This document shows, piece by piece, positions 48,975 to 58,344 of a stretch of DNA of 64,000 nt (its first letter is position 1; the number at the start of each line of letters is the position of its first letter). The stretch is taken from assembly GCA_045649605.1 (NCBI GenBank), contig JAZRQF010000074.1, forward strand, positions 1,200-65,199, given 5' to 3'. This DNA is from Faecousia sp. GTDB taxonomy: Bacteria; Bacillota; Clostridia; Oscillospirales; Oscillospiraceae. The notes below the pieces were generated by a model that searched no databases, had not been told where the DNA came from, and was given only the letters and a program-made list of their open reading frames with translations. Position numbers and translations under genes: made by a program.

Positions 48975-49796
48975 ATGGAGCTGGGCGCCAGATTGAAGCA
49001 GGCACGTTTGGAAAAAGGCTTATCCCAGCGGCAGTTGTGCGGCGAGGAGATCACCCGCAATATGCTGTCTCAAATTGAAAACGGCAGCGCCAAACCTTCC
49101 ATGACCACCTTGGCATATTTGGCACGGCGGCTGGAAAAGCCGATCAGCTATTTCTTGGAAGAGGGGGAACAGACATCCCCTAATCAGGCATGCATCCTTC
49201 GTGCGCGGCAGGCATATGCAGCAGGGCAGTATCGTCTGGCATGTCAGATTTTAGAGGAATACCGGCAGCCGGATCCGGTGTTTGATGCGGAACGGTGGCT
49301 GTTAGAAGCTATAAGCCTTTTAGGGCAGGCATCCTCTGCGGTGGCAGAGGGGAAGTATATATTTGCCCAGAAGTTGACGGAAAAAGCTGCAGAGGCGGGA
49401 GAAAAAACACCCTACTATACGGCATCCATGGAACGGGAATGTCTGTTGCTGCGGTATACGGCACAGCCGGAAAATGCGGCGCAGATCAGCGCCCAGTTGC
49501 AGGCGGATTACCGGGAATCTTTTCTGCGGGCAGAAGCTTTGCTGCATAAAGAAGATTTTGCAGGCGCAGCTAATATTTTGGATAGTATTCCGGAATCCTC
49601 TGACAGATACCATCTGCTCAGAGCAAAAGCGGCTATGGGACAAAAGGCGTATGCCGTTGCCATCGAGCATTATCTGGCCGCAGAGGAAAGCGAACCTCAA
49701 CAGTGTGCGCAAGCGCTGGAACAATGCTATTTGGCGCTGGAGGACTATAAACAGGCGTACCATTACGCCTGCAAACAACGGAATTTGCAACGGTAG
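48975..49796 (+). CDS. XRE-family HTH regulator with TPR domain (RRNPP-like architecture)
   Basis: RLKQARLEKGLSQRQLC...LSQIENGSAKPS HTH followed by TPR-like helices. Confidence 0.85.
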   Translation: MELGARLKQARLEKGLSQRQLCGEEITRNMLSQIENGSAKPSMTTLAYLARRLEKPISYFLEEGEQTSPNQACILRARQAYAAGQYRLACQILEEYRQPDPVFDAERWLLEAISLLGQASSAVAEGKYIFAQKLTEKAAEAGEKTPYYTASMERECLLLRYTAQPENAAQISAQLQADYRESFLRAEALLHKEDFAGAANILDSIPESSDRYHLLRAKAAMGQKAYAVAIEHYLAAEESEPQQCAQALEQCYLALEDYKQAYHYACKQRNLQR

Positions 49797-49807
49797 TTTT
49801 CAATATA

Positions 49808-49930
49808 GAGAAAAGCGCACTGCCGCTACGGCAGTGGGCTTTCCGCTTTTGTTTCAAAAAAGAAGAGAGGTAGAAAAGAGGTTTCCCTCAGGAGGAAAGG
49901 TACGGCTCACGGCTTCCGTATCCTTTCTGT
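49808..49930 (-). ncRNA. Candidate ~120-nt small RNA
   Basis: TATATT -10; 5' hairpin, GNRA hairpin, CU-rich linker and terminator; no good ORF. Confidence 0.45.
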
Positions 49931-50046
49931 TTACAATATACAAGCCGCTTTTGAACATGTAATGACCCAAATGAAAATAATTTTCGACAAAAGTATGAAC
50001 ACATCTTGACGAAAATGCTATAATACACGGGAAAGGGTGTGATGCC

Positions 50047-50889
50047 ATGGCGGTAGATTGTCATATGCATATGGTGCTGGACGGCGAAAATTGGCGCAGT
50101 GCTATTGAAAGGCATGCGGCCGGCGTGGACAAGCCGTGGGTGCATAGCGTTTTAAAACAGTATCAGGCGCAAGGATACACCTACTTGCGAGACGGCGGCG
50201 ACAAATGGGGCGTTTGCGCTTATGCCCGGCAGATCGCCGATCAGTACGGTATCACTTACCGCATTCCCTTTGCACCTATTTCAAAAGCTGGACATTATGG
50301 TGGCTTTATCGGCGTGCAGTATGCCAGCTTGTCAGAATATGCGGCGCTGGTTGCCAAACATAGGGAGTCAGGTGCGGATTTTATTAAGATCATGATTTCC
50401 GGACTGATGGATTTTAATTATTATGGACTTCTGTCTGAGCAGGGATTGCCTGCTGAAGAAATCCAAGAATTGATCCACATTGCTCACGAAGAGGGCATGG
50501 CGGTCATGGCCCATGCCAATGCCGCCCGTACAGTAGAAGCGGGGGCGAAAGCCGGTGTGGATTCCATAGAACACGGTGCGTACTTAGATGGGGATGCGCT
50601 GCAAGCAATGCAGGAAGCGGGAACAATTTGGGTACCAACAGTCAGCACCATTGGAAATCTTCTGCATAAAGGTCGGTTTAACGACGTTGCGGTAGAGAAA
50701 ATATTGGAAAGCGCATTGGAGAATATACGCAAATTTTCCAAAATGGGCGGTATGGTCGCAGCAGGTACGGATTCCGGTGCGTGGGCAGTGCCTCATGGCT
50801 GCGGTACAGAGGAAGTTTATTTACTGCGTGCCGGTGTAACGGAAGAACAAATGGCGATTGCAGCACAGCATCTTCAGGAGAAGTTTTGA
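50047..50889 (+). CDS. Amidohydrolase family protein (Xaa-Pro dipeptidase-like)
   Basis: DCHMH, IKIMISG, MAHAN, IEHG and GTDSG metal ligands. Confidence 0.85.
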   Translation: MAVDCHMHMVLDGENWRSAIERHAAGVDKPWVHSVLKQYQAQGYTYLRDGGDKWGVCAYARQIADQYGITYRIPFAPISKAGHYGGFIGVQYASLSEYAALVAKHRESGADFIKIMISGLMDFNYYGLLSEQGLPAEEIQELIHIAHEEGMAVMAHANAARTVEAGAKAGVDSIEHGAYLDGDALQAMQEAGTIWVPTVSTIGNLLHKGRFNDVAVEKILESALENIRKFSKMGGMVAAGTDSGAWAVPHGCGTEEVYLLRAGVTEEQMAIAAQHLQEKF

Positions 50890-50891
50890 TT

Positions 50892-51941
50892 ATGAAAGCA
50901 TTTAACAAAGATATTGCTAAGATCGATGCGCTTTACGCCGGCAAGAAGCCTTTTTACGGAGAACTCCATGACCATTCTTCTTGCGGTGACGGAAAGAACA
51001 CCCTGCAGGAATGGAAAGCCGGCATGGAAGCGTTGCAAATGGATTTTGCCACCATTGTGGATCATCATCAGGTTGCCCACATGTACCACCAGGATTTTGT
51101 TGATGGCATGTTTCTGGGCGGAACAGAGCCGGGCACAACCATTACGGATATGGAAGCGGCCCGTCCCAGACTGCATTACAATATGATCTTTGCAGACCCT
51201 AAGCCGCTGGAGCAGTTGCTTGGAGAGTTTGAGGAGTATCAATTTACCGGTGGGCAAGACGGATACTTTGGGTATCCCCGGTTTACCCAGCAGCGCTTTA
51301 CCCAGCTGGTGGAAAGGGTTTTGGAATTGGGCGGATTTTTTGTCCATCCTCATCCCAAGCAGCTGATGGATTCTAAAAATGCGCTGGACTATTGGTTTGC
51401 AGATGATACCGGTTTGGAAGTGATATATACTTACCATTCAGACCGGGATGGTGAATACACAAAGGACAACTACAAGCTATGGTTGCAGTTGTTGGATTTA
51501 GGAAAACGTGTTTTTGCCACAGCCGGCAACGACGAGCATCATATGCCTTCGGACAAGGCGTTGACCACCATTTATGCAGAGTGTCGCAGCAGCGCATCTT
51601 ATTTAGAACACCTAAGAAAAGGCGACTTTGTTGCCGGTCCGGTAGGCATCCAAATGTGCGTGGGAGATACCACCATGGGCGGCAAATGCAGTTTTGACGG
51701 GCAGCGGCTTGCGTTGCGGATTGGAGATTTCCACCCCAGTGTGGCAGATCCTACCCATACTTACCGGATGGTGTTGTACGCTGGTAAGCACCGGGTAGCA
51801 CGCAAGGATATCTCCTGCGAAGAAAACACGTATTTTGCATGGAATACCAAAGCAGATGTGCCGTTTTACCGGGCAGAGGTGTGGGACACCACCTTGCATT
51901 CCCGCATTGCCATTGGCAACCCAATCTGGAATATGGAATAA
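50892..51941 (+). CDS. PHP-fold (CehA/McbA-like) metallohydrolase, cytoplasmic
   Basis: GELHDHS...DG, DHH, GTE, HYN, HPHP, GNDEH and terminal NPIW motifs. Confidence 0.8.
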   Translation: MKAFNKDIAKIDALYAGKKPFYGELHDHSSCGDGKNTLQEWKAGMEALQMDFATIVDHHQVAHMYHQDFVDGMFLGGTEPGTTITDMEAARPRLHYNMIFADPKPLEQLLGEFEEYQFTGGQDGYFGYPRFTQQRFTQLVERVLELGGFFVHPHPKQLMDSKNALDYWFADDTGLEVIYTYHSDRDGEYTKDNYKLWLQLLDLGKRVFATAGNDEHHMPSDKALTTIYAECRSSASYLEHLRKGDFVAGPVGIQMCVGDTTMGGKCSFDGQRLALRIGDFHPSVADPTHTYRMVLYAGKHRVARKDISCEENTYFAWNTKADVPFYRAEVWDTTLHSRIAIGNPIWNME

Positions 51942-51955
51942 TAAAAAGCCACCGA

Positions 51956-52804
51956 TCAATCCGATCGGTGGCTTTTTTTGTTCTCTCGTTGGTGACGGCG
52001 GTTGAAACGGTAGGTAGAGGGAGTCATGCCCTCTGTTTGTTTGAATTTATAACAGAAATAGCTTTGGGAGGAGTAGCCACATTTTCGGGCAACTTCTGCC
52101 AAGGGACAATCGTCATCGCGTAGGAATGCTTTTGCGGCCAGGTGGCGGTATCTCTCCAACTGCTGGGCAGGGGTTAGGCCAAAGGCTGCAGTGAATAATT
52201 TGTGGAAATATGTAGGGGATAGGTTGCTGGCCTGGGCTAACTTGTCAAGATCAAGCTCTTCGGCAATGTGGTCGCGCAGATATTGATTGGCATTGAGCAG
52301 CGCCTGCTGGTGGCGGCGTGGATTGCCGTTGACATTGCTGGAAATGGGGTTGTGCTGCCGCAACAGCAGCGTTAGAATGTTATACACGCACGAGCACATT
52401 TCCATACGGGTGTCCGGTGTGTGCCGTTCTACAATACCACGGGTGATGCTTTTGCAAACGTCGATGATCTCATCCATCTGTGGGTGGCTGGCAAAGGTGG
52501 GCAGGGAAGCAAATGCGTGCATTAGCTGTGGGTCGCTGGAGGATAAATATAAGTAGAAGCATTGCAGCGGCGTGGTCAGTTGTCGGGTTTGTCCCGGTTT
52601 GCATACACAAAAACTATCCTTCTGGCAATTATAGAAAACACCGTCTACAGTAATACCGCCGGACCAGTCTGCCGGGAAGAAATAAAACTCATAAGTGGAT
52701 ACCAGCGTTTCTACCAAATGGTGCCGAGAAACGGCTTTTTTAAGGGGATTTGAGAACATACCAATGGAGAAAAATTCATGAATCGTCAGTTGCGGTGCTT
52801 CCAT
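51956..52804 (-). CDS. AraC-family regulator
   Basis: LSPTYFHKLF...EVARKCGYSSQSYFCYKFKQ...TPSTYR; GGAGG RBS before ATG 52804. Confidence 0.92.
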   Translation of the reverse strand: MEAPQLTIHEFFSIGMFSNPLKKAVSRHHLVETLVSTYEFYFFPADWSGGITVDGVFYNCQKDSFCVCKPGQTRQLTTPLQCFYLYLSSSDPQLMHAFASLPTFASHPQMDEIIDVCKSITRGIVERHTPDTRMEMCSCVYNILTLLLRQHNPISSNVNGNPRRHQQALLNANQYLRDHIAEELDLDKLAQASNLSPTYFHKLFTAAFGLTPAQQLERYRHLAAKAFLRDDDCPLAEVARKCGYSSQSYFCYKFKQTEGMTPSTYRFNRRHQRENKKSHRSD

Positions 52805-52959
52805 AGGTCCACCTCCTTTTTTAGCAGTGTAACATAATATTGATAGAAAATCTATAAAAATTGCAAAATTTCTAAAAAACGAAACAAGTATATTAAAGCA
52901 AAAAATAAAAGGCAATGATACAATTAAGACATCAAAATATAAATCGTGGAGGTAGCGCG

Positions 52960-55900
52960 ATGAAAAAGAATCTGTTTGTGATTCTTCTGGTGCTGGTTTT
53001 GCTGGTAACGGGTATTGCTGTATCCGTTCAGGCGGCTGGCGTTCCGGCGGGCACAGAAGTAATTGAGATTGGCACAGAAGCGCAATGGAAAGAGTGGTTT
53101 GACGGCGGCAGCAGCTCCAAGCTGATGAAGCAGTTGGACAGCACCGGTAAGGCGGTCCATATCAAGATCACCAATGACTTTGCGATCACCGGTGCAACCA
53201 AGGCAAGCTATTTGTCCTATGGCAGCAATACCGGCGATGTGTATCTGGACCTGAACGGACATACCTTGACCTATAAGGATACAGAGGTCAGATGGTTTGG
53301 TATTTACAATGCCAACGCTACGATCAATATCTTTGGCGGCACATTGATCAATGAGTCAGCAGCAGCGGGTTCCAACGGTGCATTTTGCATTATGACCAAA
53401 GGCAACCTGATCCTGGAAGATCTTGTTTACCGAGATAATACTACCCATGTTTATACCCAGAACAGTAAGTTTGTGCGTGTTCCGGCTGCTGCGACCCTCA
53501 CTATGAACAACGTGGACATGCAGATCAATACCGAGAACAATACTAAGGGCGGTGTCATCTCCGCTGCCGGCAAGCTGACTATCAACAACAGCACCATTTC
53601 TGTCAGTGAGACCGGCAAGGCTTTTCAGGGCGGTATGATCTCTCTTGACGGCGGCACTACTACCATCAACAATACTACCCTCTATGGCGGTATGGCACAG
53701 ACCGGCGGTATGATCCATATGACTGGAACGTCTACCAAGCTGATCCTAAACAGCGGCACCATTGCCGGCGGCACCGCTACCGGCAACGGCGGCAATATCT
53801 ATATGGAGGGCGGCGCAAACCTGCAGATCAAGGATGGCGTGATCAAAGACGGCACCGCTGCCAACGGCGGTAACATCTATGCTGCCGTGATCGGTACAGA
53901 GACCGGCGATGATTATCAAACTGACATCGAAATGACCGGCGGCATCGTTACCGGTGGTTTGGCTGTAGAAGCCAGCGAGACCAGTGGTGGCGGAAATATC
54001 GCTCTGTTCGGTATTGCGGACAATAAAACCCAGCCTAAGCTAACCGTTTCCGGCGGCACTGTAGGCGGCACTATGCTGACCCCCGGCCGGGAAGTGGGCA
54101 AGGCTTATTGCGGCGGCAACATTTATGCATGCTACGGCTGTCTGGATGTGGGCGGCACGGCTGTGATTTCCAACGGTGAGGCAACATATTCGGGCGGTAA
54201 TATCGGCTACTGCCGTGGTACCTTCAATGTTACCGGCGGTACGATCACCGGCGGTGTATGCGCTGAAATGGGCGGCAACATTGGTCTGAGCGGCACAGCC
54301 ACCAAGGTTACTATTTCCGGCGGTGAGATCCTGGACGGTTACGCTCCGAAGGGCGGCAACATTTGCATTACCGCAAGAAGCATGCCCGTGAACATCACCG
54401 GCGGTCTCATTGCAAACGGCAGATGCTTAACGAACGGTGGTAATATCTGCGCAAGCAACGGTAAGCTGACCATCACCGGCGGTACCATCACCGGCGGTCA
54501 GGGCGGCAACGGCGGCAATATCTATGTTCAGTCCACTGGCAGCAGCTGTCTGACCACAATTGGCAACTGTACTATTTCCAACGGTACAGCCCGTAACTAT
54601 GGCGACGATGTTTATGTGTCTGCCAGCGGCAAGCTGAAGGTAAAAAAGAATTTTGTGGGTAGTATATACTTATTTGTGGCAGAGCAACATTTGCCGGAAA
54701 CTGCCGATGGCAACCTGTCAGCAACTAACCTGGCTTGCGAAGGTCCTCTTGCGGGCAAAGTGTACCTGCAGAACATTTCCACCAAGCCTGAACTGTATGG
54801 CTTGACCGGTGATACAAAGCTTTACATCTCCACCGCTGCGATCGCCCGAAAGGACGGAAGCATTGCGTGGTATAAGAACAATGATGAAATGATGGCTGCC
54901 TACAATGCTGATGCAGAGTATCTGATTCCTGCAGCAGGCGAGGTTAAGTTGTCCGGTGGCAGTTATGTGGCAGACCTGGCCGGTAAGCAGATTGTATTTA
55001 CCGGTAGCGGCAATGTTACTTGTTTTGACAGTGCTAACGTCGATTACAAGACTTTCGGTAATGCTACATTTGACGGCGTTACTTTGGAAAATAGCCCGGC
55101 ACAAACCATAAACGGCAAGGTTTACTGCAAGATTGCAGGCGAAAATGGAAGCGTATCCTTCCACCTGCTGGATATGGAGATCACCAGTGTTTCTCTGCGT
55201 ACTTCTACAGCAGGTGTTTACTACTGGGCAGACTGGGACTGTGACGATGTTTTGGCACAGCAGATCGATACTTACGGCATTGCTTGCAGATTGCAGGATA
55301 AGCCTACCGTAGAGAATCTGACAGAACCGAAGGCAACCCAGCGATCCGTATTGCATGCAGAAAGTTCCGGTACGGCAGTATTTGCTAACCAGAAAGAAAA
55401 GGATGAGATCGCCGGCGCGGTGATGAATAACATTCTTTCCACCGAGAGTCGTACCGATGACAACGGCAAGATCCTGTCCAATGACTATTGCGGCAAGAAG
55501 CTGATCTATGCTGCACCCTATGTCACTTTGTTGGACGGAACGGTTTTGGTGGCAGAAAAGCAGATCGGCTATAGTCTGTACAATCTGGTGGAGTATCTCA
55601 GTAGCCAGAAATATACTTATGCTGTATTTGCAAAGCAGCTTGAGCAGTTCTTTGAAGTCTGGGAGCCTTACGGTATCAACTGGGCACTCAATTTTGATGT
55701 ATCTGATGATATTATCCATCTGGAGTCCCTTTATGACGGACGTACCGCATATCACGGTGAGCTCCACGACCACTCCAATTCCGGTGGCACCAGTGATGGC
55801 AAATATACTCTGGAGCAGTGGGCAGAGGGTATGGCAAAGCTGGGTATGGACTATGCTGCGATTCTGGACCACAGACAGTCTCTGCATATGCGTCTGCCAG

Positions 55901-56781
55901 TTTGGGACGACAGCGTCTTTATTGGCGGTACAGAAGCAGCCGGCTCCATTACGGACCGTCCTGAAGCGTATAACTTCTTCCACTACAACATGCTGTTTGC
56001 AACACCCGAGCAGCTGGAAGCTGTGCTGCTGGCCTTCCCTGAGTATGAATTCAGGGAGCAAACTGAGGGCGAGCATATCGGTGAGTGGCACTTCAACTAT
56101 GTTTCCTTCACCAGCGCACGCTTCAATGAACTGATTACTGCGGTTAAGGCAAACGGCGGCTTCTTCGCAATTCCTCACCCAACCGGAACAGAGCCGCAGT
56201 TCACACTGGAGAATGTAGAAGACATCTACTGGTTCCAGGATGAGACCGGCTGGGAGGTCTTCTACGGTAACGATGTCGACAATAGCGATTACTGGTTTAC
56301 CAGACAGAACTACGCAGCATGGATCGAACTGCTGAAAGTCGGCAAGCGTGTCTGGGCAACCTCCGGCAACGATGATCACGAAATGCCCGCAACGACTTGC
56401 TTGAACACCATCTATTCCACCGAGGGTAAGGCGCAGGCGCACATTGATCAACTGCGTGTGGGTAACTTCACTGCAGGTCCCGTGGGTATCAAGATGTGCA
56501 TCGGTGATACCCAGATGGGAGGTCAGTGTGACTTTACCGGTCAGCGGCTGGTATTCTGTATTGGTGATATCCACGAAAGCGCCTGGAAGGAAGGCTACAC
56601 TTATACAGTCAATCTGTGGAAGAATGAGGAAGTGGTCAGCACATGGACCATTGACGGCACAGAGAATTTCTATTATGCAACCGATGTGGATGCAAATGCA
56701 GAGTACTACCGTGTTGAGGTTTATAACGAAACCTTGGGCAGACTGATTGCGTTGGGCAATCCCATCTGGAATTTGGACTAA
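52960..56781 (+). CDS. Large secreted protein: beta-helix GGxI repeats, central domain, C-terminal PHP metallohydrolase
   Basis: Signal peptide (..SVQA); about a dozen GG(N/M/V)I repeats; C-terminal GELHDHS/DHR/GTE/HYN/GNDDH/NPIW domain paralogous to 50892..51941. Confidence 0.8.
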   Translation: MKKNLFVILLVLVLLVTGIAVSVQAAGVPAGTEVIEIGTEAQWKEWFDGGSSSKLMKQLDSTGKAVHIKITNDFAITGATKASYLSYGSNTGDVYLDLNGHTLTYKDTEVRWFGIYNANATINIFGGTLINESAAAGSNGAFCIMTKGNLILEDLVYRDNTTHVYTQNSKFVRVPAAATLTMNNVDMQINTENNTKGGVISAAGKLTINNSTISVSETGKAFQGGMISLDGGTTTINNTTLYGGMAQTGGMIHMTGTSTKLILNSGTIAGGTATGNGGNIYMEGGANLQIKDGVIKDGTAANGGNIYAAVIGTETGDDYQTDIEMTGGIVTGGLAVEASETSGGGNIALFGIADNKTQPKLTVSGGTVGGTMLTPGREVGKAYCGGNIYACYGCLDVGGTAVISNGEATYSGGNIGYCRGTFNVTGGTITGGVCAEMGGNIGLSGTATKVTISGGEILDGYAPKGGNICITARSMPVNITGGLIANGRCLTNGGNICASNGKLTITGGTITGGQGGNGGNIYVQSTGSSCLTTIGNCTISNGTARNYGDDVYVSASGKLKVKKNFVGSIYLFVAEQHLPETADGNLSATNLACEGPLAGKVYLQNISTKPELYGLTGDTKLYISTAAIARKDGSIAWYKNNDEMMAAYNADAEYLIPAAGEVKLSGGSYVADLAGKQIVFTGSGNVTCFDSANVDYKTFGNATFDGVTLENSPAQTINGKVYCKIAGENGSVSFHLLDMEITSVSLRTSTAGVYYWADWDCDDVLAQQIDTYGIACRLQDKPTVENLTEPKATQRSVLHAESSGTAVFANQKEKDEIAGAVMNNILSTESRTDDNGKILSNDYCGKKLIYAAPYVTLLDGTVLVAEKQIGYSLYNLVEYLSSQKYTYAVFAKQLEQFFEVWEPYGINWALNFDVSDDIIHLESLYDGRTAYHGELHDHSNSGGTSDGKYTLEQWAEGMAKLGMDYAAILDHRQSLHMRLPVWDDSVFIGGTEAAGSITDRPEAYNFFHYNMLFATPEQLEAVLLAFPEYEFREQTEGEHIGEWHFNYVSFTSARFNELITAVKANGGFFAIPHPTGTEPQFTLENVEDIYWFQDETGWEVFYGNDVDNSDYWFTRQNYAAWIELLKVGKRVWATSGNDDHEMPATTCLNTIYSTEGKAQAHIDQLRVGNFTAGPVGIKMCIGDTQMGGQCDFTGQRLVFCIGDIHESAWKEGYTYTVNLWKNEEVVSTWTIDGTENFYYATDVDANAEYYRVEVYNETLGRLIALGNPIWNLD

Positions 56782-56865
56782 GAATGATACCCCGGCAGCT
56801 TGCTGCCGGGGCATTTTTAGCCCCATATAACGTTTCGGTTTGCGACTGTATAACCGGTTGGTACA

Positions 56866-56894
56866 TTGACTTTTTGTGGGCATTATATTAAAAT
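56866..56894 (+). promoter_or_regulatory. Sigma-A promoter of lipoprotein copy 1
   Basis: TTGACT-N17-TAAAAT, downstream of the terminator at 56789-56818. Confidence 0.6.
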
Positions 56895-56928
56895 AAAAAC
56901 TCAGATGTCATAAAAAGGAGTAATTTTG

Positions 56929-58239
56929 ATGAAAAAACTGTTTTGTTTACTTCTCGTCGCAATGCTGTTGCTTGCCGGTTGTGGCACAACTACACCCGCA
57001 GAGCCCACAGAACCTCCCTTTGAAGTTGAATTTCCTACCATGCCTCCTCTGGCTGAAGGCGCTACCGATGAAGAAATTCTGCAGTACCGCCGTGATCTTG
57101 TCGAGCAGAAGATGCGCTATATGTGCACCGTTCGTTGGACTCCCACGGAGACCATTGAGTACTCTCTGGTAAATAAGTCCAAGGGTCTGGAAGCTGACAA
57201 GCAGACCAACCCCGGCGACATCGTGACTCTGTACAAGGGCGTAATCTACGAAGGTCTGCCCTACACCCACGGCTCTAACTCCGCTTACGCATTTATGGAG
57301 TATGCAACCGGATTGACAGAGACTGGTACTTTGATTGTTGACGGCATTGAGACTGCTGACCTGAGTGGTTACGGCTATCAGGAGCCTGCCCGTTGCGCCC
57401 GTCTCGGCACCGACTGTGCTGACCAGGTGTACTGGGCATGGAACCACATCTCCACCTCCATTACCTTTGAGTACTGCGCAAATATGGTTCCCGGTAACGG
57501 CTGTATCCCCATTGGCGATTACACCCATAACGAGACCCAGTTTACATACACTTATCCCATTGCAGAAGCCAATGGTATGGATGTGATGTGCGAGTCCTAC
57601 GCTAAGATGCAAAAGGGCGACGCTATGGTGTTCATTAACTCCAAGGGCGCTGGCCACGCCATCATGAACGTAGAAGTTCATGTTGTCCGCAATGAAGACG
57701 GCACGATCAATCCTCAGGAGAGCTACGCAATCACTCTGGAGCAGGAGTCCGGTGACGAGCGTACCCAGACCGATAGGTACGTCGATGAGACTACTGGTGA
57801 GAATATTGTCCGTCTGCAGGGCATTGACAGAAAGTACACCTTCGCTTTCTTGTACCAGAAGGGTTACCTGCCTGTTACCTGTAAGGAACTGATCGATCCT
57901 TCTCCTCTGGAGCCTGTTTCGGTTACTGACTCCATTGAGAATCCCACTATCGATCATATCTTCAAGGGTAAGATTACCTCTAAACACCGTATTTCCTACG
58001 TTACCGTCAAGATTGCTGATGCTAAGGGCAATACCGTTCAGGAGTGCACCACCTTCGCTATTTCTAAGGAAATGCACACCTTTGATATGATCCGTTTCAT
58101 CAGCGACGTTGAGAAGCTGGTTCAGAAGGGTTCTATCGACCTGGACGCACTGGAGAGCGGCACTTACACCGTTACCCATACCGCAAGACTGGCTAACGGC
58201 GATGAGGTTGAGTTCCGTAACTTCACCTTTGAAAAATAA
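56929..58239 (+). CDS. Lipoprotein with papain/NlpC-P60-like Cys-His-Glu domain (copy 1)
   Basis: LAGC lipobox; GLPY...GTDCAD...KGD...GHAIM...LEQ. Confidence 0.75.
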   Translation: MKKLFCLLLVAMLLLAGCGTTTPAEPTEPPFEVEFPTMPPLAEGATDEEILQYRRDLVEQKMRYMCTVRWTPTETIEYSLVNKSKGLEADKQTNPGDIVTLYKGVIYEGLPYTHGSNSAYAFMEYATGLTETGTLIVDGIETADLSGYGYQEPARCARLGTDCADQVYWAWNHISTSITFEYCANMVPGNGCIPIGDYTHNETQFTYTYPIAEANGMDVMCESYAKMQKGDAMVFINSKGAGHAIMNVEVHVVRNEDGTINPQESYAITLEQESGDERTQTDRYVDETTGENIVRLQGIDRKYTFAFLYQKGYLPVTCKELIDPSPLEPVSVTDSIENPTIDHIFKGKITSKHRISYVTVKIADAKGNTVQECTTFAISKEMHTFDMIRFISDVEKLVQKGSIDLDALESGTYTVTHTARLANGDEVEFRNFTFEK

Positions 58240-58281
58240 TATAACCAAGAAGAACGCTGCCTTTTGCAGCGTTCTTTTTTA

Positions 58282-58310
58282 TTGACGAGACCAGACCGAT
58301 ATAGTATAGT
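58282..58310 (+). promoter_or_regulatory. Sigma-A promoter of lipoprotein copy 2
   Basis: TTGACG-N17-TATAGT right after the terminator at 58248-58280. Confidence 0.6.
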
Positions 58311-58344
58311 GATTGTACCAATCTGAGAGATAGGAGAGACGTTT

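Noticed and set aside
49854-49958. 34-aa minus-strand ORF (MFKSGLYIV...) as an RRNPP signalling peptide
   Set aside because: No RBS and no signal-peptide character; it starts upstream of the predicted -10
53750-54530. Repeated GGCGGCAAY / ACCGGCGG DNA words as a CRISPR or tandem array
   Set aside because: Irregular in-frame codons of the beta-helix protein repeats
54718-58248. 721-aa and 433-aa antisense ORFs
   Set aside because: Same shadow effect; they are broken in the paralogous lipoprotein copies 2 and 3
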